Source: an uncultured Alphaproteobacteria bacterium (lineage in GTDB: Bacteria; Pseudomonadota; Alphaproteobacteria; CAIYWZ01). Taken from it: DNA of 52,683 bases. Position numbers and translations under genes: made by a program. Numbering within the stretch: position 1 is the stretch's first letter; every line of letters begins with the position of its first letter. Shown piece by piece: positions 1-8,531 of this stretch. The stretch spans positions 1 through 52,683 of the forward strand of contig CAIYWZ010000001.1 in assembly GCA_903930075.1 (NCBI GenBank), given 5' to 3'. Under the pieces are notes generated by a model. That model worked only from the letters and a program-made list of their open reading frames with translations. It was not told where the DNA came from and did not search any database.

Positions 1-37
1 AATAATTTTTTTATTAAATAGTATTAGTACATAGGTC

Positions 38-237
38 TGTTGATAACTATGAATTCATTGATGATTAACAACTTATCCACAGAGTTATACCCCGCTTTTT
101 TCTTGTTGGTCAAGCTTTTCGAAATTATTGTTGATAACTGTGTTTTCCTTTTATAATTCTGTGGATAATTTTGGGATACTTTGTAAGTCATTTATTTATC
201 TTTTTTTACTCACAATTTATCCACAAATTTACTCACA
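38..237. promoter_or_regulatory. DnaA-box cluster in AT-rich DNA: candidate oriC fragment or datA/DARS-like DnaA-binding locus
   Basis: Perfect TTATCCACA at 73-81 (+), 160-168 (- strand, read as TGTGGATAA) and 217-225 (+). One-mismatch TTATCAACA at 38-46 and 129-137 (both - strand). TTACTCACA at 206-214 and 229-237 flank the 217 box at about 11-12 nt phasing. The window begins inside the AT-rich tract, so the element may be truncated. Confidence 0.5.
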
Positions 238-410
238 ACCCAATTGTGCAAAATTTCGTCATCTTGATTGACAGTATCCTCGAATTCTTTTCTTTCTTCT
301 TGTGTTAATTTCTCGAATACGTTATTCATGAATTTTAGCATCATAAGATCGAGTTCCCTTGTCCCTCGGTGTGTTGCTCTGTAAAAAATTTTCTTAAATG
401 AGTGGTCCAT
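210..410 (-). CDS. sdhE: FAD assembly factor SdhE (succinate dehydrogenase assembly factor 2, DUF339 family)
   Basis: 66 aa. Contains the RGxxE motif (HRGTRELDLMM). The spacing to DDEILHNW aligns with E. coli SdhE (RRGMRELD...DDPDLFNW). Adjacency to recG is typical of alphaproteobacteria. Confidence 0.7.
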   Translation of the reverse strand: MDHSFKKIFYRATHRGTRELDLMMLKFMNNVFEKLTQEERKEFEDTVNQDDEILHNWVVSKFVDKL

Positions 411-2463
411 GATGGTTTTTTCCTCTTTTGAATCTTTATTTGCGTCTTCCTCTACTTTAGACTATGTAGGATCTTTTTTTTCTAATGTTTTAAAAAAGCT
501 CTGCGGCGATCGCATTATTGATGTTCTTTATCATATTCCGATTCAATCTAAAGTCTATACTTTTTGTCTCTCTTTAAAAGAACTGCCTCTTGCCAAATCT
601 GACGAGGGAGGAAAAATTTGGGTTAGGGTTCGTGTAAGGCCTTCTTCCCTTGAGGGAAACTCCAGGAAGCTTGTTCTGATGTGCCGTGAAGATCAGCATA
701 CTCTGGAACTTGTATTTTTTAATTCAAATCGCCCTGCTCTTTCAAAGATGTTCCCCCTTAATCAAGAACTTTGGGTTTCTGGAGAATTAACCTCTTTTTC
801 AGGTACTTATAGCATTGTTCAACCTAAGCGTATTTATAACAATAATCAAACGGAAGAATTAATTTACCCCTTAACCAAAGGCCTTGTTCTTTCAGCTTTT
901 TCTCGAATTTTATTTCAGTCTTTTCAAATTTTAGATCGAATCCCTCCACACATTGATTGGCTTGATGATGAACTTCGTGCCCAGTTTAATTGGCCCAAAT
1001 TTGTTGATTTTATGCATGCGCTTCATAATCCTTCTCTTACATTTAGTGACACTATCCGTGCACGGTTGGCGTTTGATGAACTCCTTGCCCACCAGTTAAG
1101 TCTTTTCATTGTGCGTAAAAAATTTACGATTTCTATAGAGCCTTTGTCTATCGAAGGCAGCTTAAAACGCCGCGCATTAGAACTTCTTCCTTACGAACTC
1201 ACTGCCGATCAAACGCAAGTTTTGGATGAGCTTTTGGTTGATTTAAAAAAAGATAAACCCATGAGCAGATTACTTCAAGGAGATGTGGGGTCGGGAAAAA
1301 CGATTGTTGCTTTTTTAAGTATGCTTGATGTTATCGAATCGGGTCATCAATGCGCATTGTTGGTTCCCACAGAAATTCTGGCCCAGCAACATTTTAATTC
1401 CTTGAGTTCCTTAGCAGAAAAACTCGGCGTAACCTTAGGTTTATTTTTAGGAGCCCACTCTAAAGTCCAGAAGAATAAGAATGTGCAAGCTTTGCAAAAT
1501 GGGGAAATACAAATCGCCATTGGAACGCATGCTCTTTTTCAACAGGGAGTTGAATTTAAATCTCTCAAATACATGATCATTGATGAACAGCATCGTTTTG
1601 GTGTGGAGCAAAGACTCAGTCTTCGTGATAAGGGGAATAACCCTCATATGCTCATGATGACCGCCACCCCCATACCCCGAACGATTGTGATGGTGCAATA
1701 TGGGGATTTGGATTTGAGTTTTTTGAAAAACAAACCTAAAAACAGAAAACCCATTCAAACATCCCTACTTTGTTCTTCAAAAGAATCCGAACTTGTGGAT
1801 GGAATAAAACGTATCCTTGAGAAAGGAAATCAAATTTATTGGGTTTGTCCTTTGATTGAAGAATCCGAGCATATGGATTTAGCCGATGTTACGGGGCGCT
1901 ATTTGACTTTAAAATCAATCTTTGGTGATCAGGTTGCCTTGCTTCATGGCCGCATGAAATCAAGCGAAAAAGATGAGATCATGAAAAAATTTGAAGACAA
2001 TATCTGTAAAATTTTGGTCACGACAACAGTTATCGAAGTTGGCGTCAATGTTCCCAATGCAACCGTTATGATCATCGAAAATGCCCACAGATTTGGCCTT
2101 TCCCAGCTTCACCAGTTACGTGGAAGAGTGGGCCGGGGTGCAGATCAAAGTTATTGTATCCTCATCTACGATGCCGCCTTAAAAGGAGATTCTATCAAAC
2201 GTTTAGAAATCATGCGTTCCTGCGAAGATGGATTTGTTCTTTCGGAAATGGATCTTAAACTTCGTGGAAGAGGAGATATCTTAGGAACGGCCCAAAGTGG
2301 CTTTAAAGGGCTTCGATTTTTAGACCAGGAAAAACATCAAGATCTTATTCCCCTTGCGTTAACGTATGCAAGAAAGCTATATGAACAGAAAGAACAGGGT
2401 AAAGCCGAACCAAACTTGCTTCTCGAGATTTTTAGACGTAAAGAAGATTACAGAGGCATTTAA
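409..2463 (+). CDS. recG: ATP-dependent DNA helicase RecG
   Basis: 684 aa. Walker A GDVGSGKT, DEQHRFGV (DEQH box), helicase C-terminal motifs QLRGRVGRG, and a RecG-like N-terminal wedge region. Confidence 0.95.
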   Translation: MMVFSSFESLFASSSTLDYVGSFFSNVLKKLCGDRIIDVLYHIPIQSKVYTFCLSLKELPLAKSDEGGKIWVRVRVRPSSLEGNSRKLVLMCREDQHTLELVFFNSNRPALSKMFPLNQELWVSGELTSFSGTYSIVQPKRIYNNNQTEELIYPLTKGLVLSAFSRILFQSFQILDRIPPHIDWLDDELRAQFNWPKFVDFMHALHNPSLTFSDTIRARLAFDELLAHQLSLFIVRKKFTISIEPLSIEGSLKRRALELLPYELTADQTQVLDELLVDLKKDKPMSRLLQGDVGSGKTIVAFLSMLDVIESGHQCALLVPTEILAQQHFNSLSSLAEKLGVTLGLFLGAHSKVQKNKNVQALQNGEIQIAIGTHALFQQGVEFKSLKYMIIDEQHRFGVEQRLSLRDKGNNPHMLMMTATPIPRTIVMVQYGDLDLSFLKNKPKNRKPIQTSLLCSSKESELVDGIKRILEKGNQIYWVCPLIEESEHMDLADVTGRYLTLKSIFGDQVALLHGRMKSSEKDEIMKKFEDNICKILVTTTVIEVGVNVPNATVMIIENAHRFGLSQLHQLRGRVGRGADQSYCILIYDAALKGDSIKRLEIMRSCEDGFVLSEMDLKLRGRGDILGTAQSGFKGLRFLDQEKHQDLIPLALTYARKLYEQKEQGKAEPNLLLEIFRRKEDYRGI

Positions 2464-3710
2464 TTGTTCAGTTTGCCCATGCGATTCAGGAGCATGATAT
2501 ATAACACTCCTGAAAAAGCAGTGATAAAAAAGAAATAGTCCCATGAAACCAGGGTTGCTACATATCCTGCGATTCCGCTGGCAATAATCCTGGATAATGA
2601 TCCAAAAGAAAGAAGAACGGCATATTGCGTTGCTGTATGAGCAGAAGTGCATAGTGTTGCTAAAAAGCTATAAAAAGTGACGCCACCAATTCCAAGATAA
2701 AAATGTTCCACTGCGACCACTACAAAAATCATGGGTTTATATGTTCCCACAAAATATTGAATGATTAAAATCACGCATGTTGCAATCTGCAAAACGCCGC
2801 AAAGTTTAAATGTATTGAGCGAGTCATACTTACTGATCAAGATTCCTCCTAAGAAGCCACCTAAGATAGAAAATGGCACACCTAGTAAATTGGCTTGGGC
2901 AATGTCAACATTGGAAAACCCAACTTTTGATAGAAATACGGAAGTATATGCACCAAAAATACTGTCCCCTGCCTTATAAAGTAGAATAAAGATTAAGATG
3001 TTAACCCATTGATGTTTTTTTAAAAGATCTTTGATCACATCTGCAACAATTGAGAAATAAGAGTTTTGGAAGTTTTCTTTTTGTTTAGATTCCCCTTCGG
3101 GATTTAAAATAATGACGATAAAACCTAAAGCAAGAAGAACTGACATCATGACATAAACCGTGCTCCAGGGAAACAGAGATGAAAGGTAAAAGGCACCAGA
3201 ACCTGAAATCATCAGGCCAATCCTGTATCCAATATACAATGCTGCCGTTCCGTTCCCTTGATGCTCAGGGGCTAAAACTTCAATACGATAACCTCCCAAC
3301 ACAAGATCTTGTGTTGCTGAAAAAAATGCGATGCAAAATCCAAAAACACCAAAGAGAGTCAGATGATCAACCGGATTTGTCTGGGACATTCCAATTACGC
3401 TCAGTATAAGACCAATTTGTGAAAGGATCAGCCAACTCCGCCGTTTCCCAATCCATCTTGTAAGAAAAGGGATCGAATATTGATCAATAAAAGGAGACCA
3501 AAGAAATCTAAAGGCGTAAGGTAGTTGAATAAAGGCGAGCCCCCCAATTGTTTTTGTTGAAAATCCCAGCTGCGTAAGCCACACATTCATTGTTGCAAGG
3601 GTGAGTAGAAAAGGAATCCCGGATAAAATACCAAAAAAAATCATGCTAAAAACACGTGGATTCTGATAGTGCTTAAAGGCCTGTGCCCATGACGTGAAAG
3701 AAAAACTCAT
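2460..3710 (-). CDS. ampG: AmpG-family muropeptide/MFS permease (paralog 1)
   Basis: 416 aa polytopic membrane protein. AmpG-like N-terminus (RVFSMIFFGILSGIPFLL), the conserved WSPFIDQ...GKRRSW loop, and about 12 hydrophobic segments. Confidence 0.8.
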   Translation of the reverse strand: MSFSFTSWAQAFKHYQNPRVFSMIFFGILSGIPFLLTLATMNVWLTQLGFSTKTIGGLAFIQLPYAFRFLWSPFIDQYSIPFLTRWIGKRRSWLILSQIGLILSVIGMSQTNPVDHLTLFGVFGFCIAFFSATQDLVLGGYRIEVLAPEHQGNGTAALYIGYRIGLMISGSGAFYLSSLFPWSTVYVMMSVLLALGFIVIILNPEGESKQKENFQNSYFSIVADVIKDLLKKHQWVNILIFILLYKAGDSIFGAYTSVFLSKVGFSNVDIAQANLLGVPFSILGGFLGGILISKYDSLNTFKLCGVLQIATCVILIIQYFVGTYKPMIFVVVAVEHFYLGIGGVTFYSFLATLCTSAHTATQYAVLLSFGSLSRIIASGIAGYVATLVSWDYFFFITAFSGVLYIMLLNRMGKLNN

Positions 3711-4951
3711 TTTTTATAGTCCAAACTTAATGGAAAATCATCCTGCATTTTTATCAGCATAAAAAGGCATGGTAAAGATACGAATGTACATATTATAAAG
3801 AAAATGGGCCATCCTTGCAAATCGATAATAACCCCTGATAGTGCAGCAACGCATACGCCGCCTAAGCTTTTAATAGATGACAGTTGTGAATAACGGGTGG
3901 CTGTAATGTTTGTATTTGAGCACAAATAGGCGATATAAGTCATAAAAATAGAAGCCGCCATGCCAGTTGTGAGTTGTCCAAGGGTGATTGTAAAATAGAG
4001 AATCTCAAAATTTTTCCCTGTATAAAATTGCAATAAATACAATAGGGGTGAAATCGCTTCCAGTGTTCCAAAAACGAGCAACGATTTTCGAATTCCTATG
4101 CGTATTGTGACCATTCCACCCACAATTCCCCCTAATATTGTGGGGATGATACCGTATATTTTGATGATGTTTGCAATTTCTATTTTTGAAAAACCAATAG
4201 ATTCATAAAAATTATTTGAAAAACCACTGATCAAATGATCGCCTAGTCTAAAAGAAATCACGAAAAAAAGTATCCAAAATATTTTATCCATTTTTATAAA
4301 ATCAAGAAAAGAGAGTAACGTTGATTTTAAAGATACCGTATCTTTTACAGATAATGGGGGTTCAGAGCTCATCAGAATTGTGATGACGCCAATCAATCCA
4401 CAACATGCAATGAAACAATACGCAATTTCCCATGAGAAATATGAGGCAAGAACCAGTGCTCCTGCTCCTGATATGAGGTTTCCAATACGATAACCCACAA
4501 TCGTAAAATTGGACCCCAAAATTTGCTGATCTTTGCTTAAAATCTCGACTCTATAACTTGTCATTGAAATATGGTCAAATGCCGAGCAGCTCGAGACAAT
4601 CAAACCCCAAAAAACCACCATCAATAAATTTTCTTTTGGCGATGAAAGACCAAGCCCAACAATTCCAATCATCATGATGATTTGTGTAAAAAGTATCCAG
4701 GAACGCCTTCTTCCAAAGTAATCGCTCAAAAAAGGAAGAGGGACACGGTCTACAAGTGGTCCAATGAGAAATTTAAGACCATGGGGCAAGCTGATGAGGG
4801 AAAATAGGCCAATCCACGACATGGAAATCCCTGCTTCCCCAAGGCGGCAATTCAGGGTAGAAACTGTTAGAAAAGAAGGAAGGCCACAGGCAATCCCAAG
4901 AAAAATCATACTGATTAATCTTGGGTCAAAGTAGGCCTTCATGGGCATCAT
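3707..4951 (-). CDS. ampG: AmpG-family muropeptide/MFS permease (paralog 2)
   Basis: 414 aa with the same architecture (GPLVDRV...GRRRSW). Its start codon overlaps the typA stop (TAATG) and its stop overlaps the start of paralog 1, so the three genes look translationally coupled. Confidence 0.8.
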   Translation of the reverse strand: MMPMKAYFDPRLISMIFLGIACGLPSFLTVSTLNCRLGEAGISMSWIGLFSLISLPHGLKFLIGPLVDRVPLPFLSDYFGRRRSWILFTQIIMMIGIVGLGLSSPKENLLMVVFWGLIVSSCSAFDHISMTSYRVEILSKDQQILGSNFTIVGYRIGNLISGAGALVLASYFSWEIAYCFIACCGLIGVITILMSSEPPLSVKDTVSLKSTLLSFLDFIKMDKIFWILFFVISFRLGDHLISGFSNNFYESIGFSKIEIANIIKIYGIIPTILGGIVGGMVTIRIGIRKSLLVFGTLEAISPLLYLLQFYTGKNFEILYFTITLGQLTTGMAASIFMTYIAYLCSNTNITATRYSQLSSIKSLGGVCVAALSGVIIDLQGWPIFFIICTFVSLPCLFMLIKMQDDFPLSLDYKK

Positions 4952-6771
4952 TATTCTGGTTTGGCTCTTTGCATTCTTTTCCGATCATTTGGATCAAGAT
5001 ACATTTTGCGCAAACGAATACTTTTTGGAGTAACTTCCACGAGTTCATCTTCTTGAATATAGGCAATGGCTTCTTCAAGTTTCAAAATCTTTGGCGGCGT
5101 TAAACGAATCGCTTCATCTTTTCCAGAAGCTCTGACGTTTGTGAGCTGCTTCGCACGCAAGGCATTGATTTCCAAATCATTGTCACGGTTATGTTCACCA
5201 ACAATCATGCCTTCATAAATGGGCACGCCAGATTCAATAAACATCATACCGCGATCTTCCAAATTCCAAAGGGCATATGCAACCGCATTTCCTGTTCCAT
5301 TAGAGATCAAAACACCATTTCTACGTCCTTCAATTTGGCCTTTAAATGGAGCATATCCATGGAACAAACGGCTCAAAACACCTGTTCCTCTTGTGTCTGT
5401 CAAGAATTCACCTTGATAACCAATAAGTCCACGGGACGGAATAAGGAACGTAATACGTGTTTTTCCACCGCCTGATGGGCGCATGTCGGTCATTTCACCT
5501 TTACGCATCCCCATTTTTTCCACAACAACACCTGTAAATTCATCATCCACATCAATCATCGCTTCTTCAATAGGCTCGAGTCTTTTTCCTGTTTCTTCAT
5601 CTGTTTTGTAAATCACGCGCGGACGGCTGATGGAAAGCTCAAATCCTTCACGGCGCATTTGTTCAATCAAAACACCCAGTTGAAGTTCTCCACGACCTGC
5701 AACTTCAAAGGCATCTTTGCCTGGGCTTTCGATAATTTTAATCGAAACGTTGCTGTCTGCTTCTTTAATCAAACGATCGGCAATAATACGTGAGGTCAGC
5801 TTTGTACCTTCTTTTCCAGCCAAAGGTGAATCATTGACAGAAAATGTCATGGACAATGTGGGAGGATCAATAGGTTGTGCGGCGATGGGAACAGTGACAT
5901 CCATGGCGCAAATTGTATCGGCAACCGTTGCTTTTTCAATTCCAGCGATGGCCACAATATCACCAGCTTCTGCTATTTCCACGGGTGTTTTTTCAATACC
6001 GCGGTAGGCCAAAATTTTGCTCAAACGCGCTTGTTCAATCACTGTTCCATCCCGGCTTAAAACCTTGATGGGCATGTTGAGCTTTGCTGTTCCAGAGTAA
6101 ATACGGCCCGTTAAAATACGGCCCAAATAAGGATCGTGGTTCAGTGTTGTGGCCAGCATCGCAAAAGAGCCTTCTTCGCCCTTTGCAACAGGAATACGGT
6201 CACAAATTGCTTGGAAAAGCGGTGTTAAATCTTTTTGCTCATCTTTCAAGTCATCCACAGCCCATCCATGGCGGGAAGAGGCAAATACATATTTAAAGTC
6301 AAGCTGTTCTTCATTGGCGCCAAGGGCGAGCAACAAATCAAACACTTCATTCAAAACTTCATCGGGGCGTCCATCGGGGCGGTCGATTTTGTTGATCACA
6401 ACAATAGGCTTCAGTCCAAGTTGCAGGGCTTTAGTTGTCACGAATTTGGTTTGCGGCATGGGGCCTTCAGCGGCATCCACAAGCAGAACAACGCCATCAA
6501 CCATCGATAAAATACGCTCAACCTCACCACCAAAGTCAGCGTGACCTGGGGTATCCACGATATTTAAACGTTGGTCATGCCACATCAAAGATGTACATTT
6601 TGCAAGAATCGTAATTCCGCGCTCTTTTTCTAAATCATTCGAGTCCATCACGCGCTCTGCGACCTGTTGATTGTCACGGAACGTACCGCTTTGTCTTAAA
6701 AGTGCATCAACAAGCGTCGTCTTGCCGTGGTCAACGTGTGCAATAATTGCAAGGTTGCGTATTTGAGTCAT
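4951..6771 (-). CDS. typA: Translational GTPase TypA/BipA
   Basis: 606 aa. N-terminus IRNLAIIAHVDHGKTTLVD, DTPGHADFGGEVER, NKIDR G-motifs, and full-length collinearity with BipA. Confidence 0.95.
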   Translation of the reverse strand: MTQIRNLAIIAHVDHGKTTLVDALLRQSGTFRDNQQVAERVMDSNDLEKERGITILAKCTSLMWHDQRLNIVDTPGHADFGGEVERILSMVDGVVLLVDAAEGPMPQTKFVTTKALQLGLKPIVVINKIDRPDGRPDEVLNEVFDLLLALGANEEQLDFKYVFASSRHGWAVDDLKDEQKDLTPLFQAICDRIPVAKGEEGSFAMLATTLNHDPYLGRILTGRIYSGTAKLNMPIKVLSRDGTVIEQARLSKILAYRGIEKTPVEIAEAGDIVAIAGIEKATVADTICAMDVTVPIAAQPIDPPTLSMTFSVNDSPLAGKEGTKLTSRIIADRLIKEADSNVSIKIIESPGKDAFEVAGRGELQLGVLIEQMRREGFELSISRPRVIYKTDEETGKRLEPIEEAMIDVDDEFTGVVVEKMGMRKGEMTDMRPSGGGKTRITFLIPSRGLIGYQGEFLTDTRGTGVLSRLFHGYAPFKGQIEGRRNGVLISNGTGNAVAYALWNLEDRGMMFIESGVPIYEGMIVGEHNRDNDLEINALRAKQLTNVRASGKDEAIRLTPPKILKLEEAIAYIQEDELVEVTPKSIRLRKMYLDPNDRKRMQRAKPE

Positions 6772-6817
6772 TTGGATTTATCCTTCTAATAGGTTATAAT
6801 TACTTGATTTCCACAGG

Positions 6818-6846
6818 ATTCTAGACCATTCTATTTTTTTTTGCAA
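6818..6846 (-). promoter_or_regulatory. sigma70-type promoter candidate for typA-ampG-ampG
   Basis: The minus strand reads TTGCAA, 17 nt, TAGAAT about 45 nt upstream of the typA ATG. An AGAAGGA Shine-Dalgarno (SD) sequence precedes the ATG. Confidence 0.35.
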
Positions 6847-6863
6847 GTTTTAGTTATAAAACC

Positions 6864-6892
6864 TTGACAAAATCATCGCTTTTGGTTAACCA
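6864..6892 (+). promoter_or_regulatory. Possible promoter for tRNA-His
   Basis: Perfect -35 TTGACA at 6864-6869. Only a weak -10 (TAACCA) lies 17 nt downstream. The tRNA starts about 16 nt later. Confidence 0.25.
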
Positions 6893-6907
6893 TTAACCTG
6901 AAATTGT

Positions 6908-6985
6908 GGCGGGCGTAGCTCAGCTGGTTAGAGCGCTAGGTTGTGGCTCTGGAGGTCGCCGGTTCGAAACCGGTCGCTCGCCCCA
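6908..6985 (+). tRNA. tRNA-His (anticodon GTG) with encoded G-1 and CCA
   Basis: Hand-folded cloverleaf. Acceptor stem GCGGGCG/CGCTCGC. Extra G at 6908 opposite discriminator C. D arm GCTC/GAGC. Anticodon loop TTGTGGC with GTG at 6943-6945. T arm GCCGG-TTCGAAA-CCGGT. 3' CCA at 6983-6985. Confidence 0.9.
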
Positions 6986-7355
6986 AATTCTGATTGTCTT
7001 CTAACATTTCCTGTATGCTTGTCAGAGGAAAGTGCGAGTTTAGAAACTCTTGTTTGATCTCTAGTACTGTCTTTTTTATGTATAGTACTATTTTGTGGTT
7101 TGCATTTGTTGTTGCCACCAACAACCTTAAGGAATCTCTAGAATCAAAATTCGTTATTTATTTAGCAATAACATGCTTTTTCTCATAAAATAAGTGCTTT
7201 AAATAGTAAACTATTGTTTATGAATAAAATCTGTAAAATCACAAAAATATCGTAAAATATATGTTATTGAGTGTTGTAAAAATTGAAAAAATTCGATTAT
7301 ACACATCAATTTAAACCAACATCAGTTGTGAATTTTTTAATTAATTGTAATGAAA

Positions 7356-7373
7356 ATTTACAATAGTCGTCTT
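7356..7373. repeat. 18-nt motif ATTTACAATAGTCGTCTT, exact inverted copy of 15437-15454
   Basis: Exact 18/18 match (reverse complement) to the left arm of the grpE-mutS intergenic hairpin. Locally it forms a short hairpin (ATTGTAA/TTACAAT) immediately 3' of the transposase stop. Confidence 0.6.
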
Positions 7374-8404
7374 TAAGATTGGGGGCGTTTATTTTCTAAA
7401 ATTTTCTTTTTAAGGAACGTAAAAATTCCAAGGGCCCATAACGACAAAATAATGTGACGATTCCATCCTTGATAACTTCGCACTTCATAATCATTCAGGC
7501 CCGCTTGTGAAGTTGCCATTTTTATTGAATTTTTCATCAGATCAAATGATTTGTGAACATGAATAATGGTCTCAATCGTGATATTTTGTTTGGCAAAGAT
7601 TCTATAAAAATATTCACCGTTAATAAACAATAATCGTTTGTATCCTTTATTCAAAGAGGCATCGAGTTCATAAATTTCAAATTCTTTATCCGTTTTCCAT
7701 TTGAACGCTCTTTTTGCTTTTCCCTCAATGGAAATAAGGGAATCTTTGGGGATCTCGATCATATAAGGCTGGTTATTTTTTTCCATGTACAGGGCGCATT
7801 CAATATAATATTCACCGGCCGTGACAAAAGAGCATTCAAAGCCGTTAGATATAAAGTTTTTCAACATTTCAATTGCTTGTTCTGATTTATTTAAAAATAC
7901 AGTTCCTTCTGGAATGCCTGTTTCTTGGCAACGTTTGAGATTGCTGACCCAGGATTCTGGAAGATGAAGCGCTGCATCAATAATCGTATGTCCCTGCTCT
8001 GTTCCATATCCCAAGAATACACCAACTTGAGCATTTTTTATACGACTTTTGCTTTTTTGCATCGCGGTTCCAACTGAAAGATCGCCTCTTTTGGGGAAAG
8101 CAATTTCATCAAGTGTTAAAATGCCGTTTTTACCTAATTTTTCTATTGTTGTAGCGCTGAGTTCTTTTTGAAGTATATTTCGATCAAGTTTGGCGCAATA
8201 TAGAAGATATTGAAAAGAATAAGGAGAGGATTTTCCCATTTTTTTCGAAATTTGCCAGCTATTTTTGCGCGGGACGTTACTCATCAGTCCTTTAACATAG
8301 GCACACATACTTTCCCATGTATTGTTTCTGCGTGCTCCTTTGCGTAAACGCAACAAACAACCATCAATTTCTTGCTTGATTTCTTCCCAAAAATCTTCTG
8401 ACAC
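7373..8404 (-). CDS. IS701-like (DDE_5 family) transposase, possibly catalytically degenerate
   Basis: 343 aa. The N-terminal block YVKGLMSNVPRKNSWQISKKMG...SFQYLL and the core LDEIAFPKRG...NAQVGVFLGY...LHLPESW...GIPEG...FLNKSEQA match the IS701/DDE_5 pattern, as does the C-terminal GLNDYEVRSYQGWNRHI. The expected aDxxYG motif reads TAGEYY. Confidence 0.75.
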   Translation of the reverse strand: MSEDFWEEIKQEIDGCLLRLRKGARRNNTWESMCAYVKGLMSNVPRKNSWQISKKMGKSSPYSFQYLLYCAKLDRNILQKELSATTIEKLGKNGILTLDEIAFPKRGDLSVGTAMQKSKSRIKNAQVGVFLGYGTEQGHTIIDAALHLPESWVSNLKRCQETGIPEGTVFLNKSEQAIEMLKNFISNGFECSFVTAGEYYIECALYMEKNNQPYMIEIPKDSLISIEGKAKRAFKWKTDKEFEIYELDASLNKGYKRLLFINGEYFYRIFAKQNITIETIIHVHKSFDLMKNSIKMATSQAGLNDYEVRSYQGWNRHIILSLWALGIFTFLKKKILENKRPQS

Positions 8405-8485
8405 AGTTTTACCTATTTATTATTCTTATTAATTTATACTCCATTCTTTCTCGAAGGTCAATTGCTGGAAGTTCTTAAATAGATA

Positions 8486-8513
8486 TTGACTTTAATTGTG
8501 AGAATATTATGAT
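8486..8513 (+). promoter_or_regulatory. sigma70-type promoter candidate for the MFS transporter gene
   Basis: TTGACT (8486-8491), 16 nt, TATGAT (8508-8513). Confidence 0.4.
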
Positions 8514-8531
8514 TTGTTGATAAAAATAAGG

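Noticed and set aside
1-240. CtrA-binding sites (TTAA-N7-TTAA) accompanying the DnaA boxes, as in the Caulobacter origin.
   Set aside because: Only isolated TTAA tetramers (14-17, 65-68) are present, and none has the required spacing.
6936-7188. Two ORFs of 62-64 aa (6936-7124 minus, 6994-7188 plus) beside and overlapping tRNA-His.
   Set aside because: One runs through the tRNA gene itself. Both sit in AT-rich non-coding DNA with no SD sequence and no recognisable domain. They are most likely chance ORFs.
7190-8513. Terminal inverted repeats or target-site duplications delimiting the IS701-like element, and a duplicated tRNA-His 3' segment marking an integrated island.
   Set aside because: I could not find convincing inverted or direct repeats by eye in the flanks, so no mobile-element boundaries are claimed.
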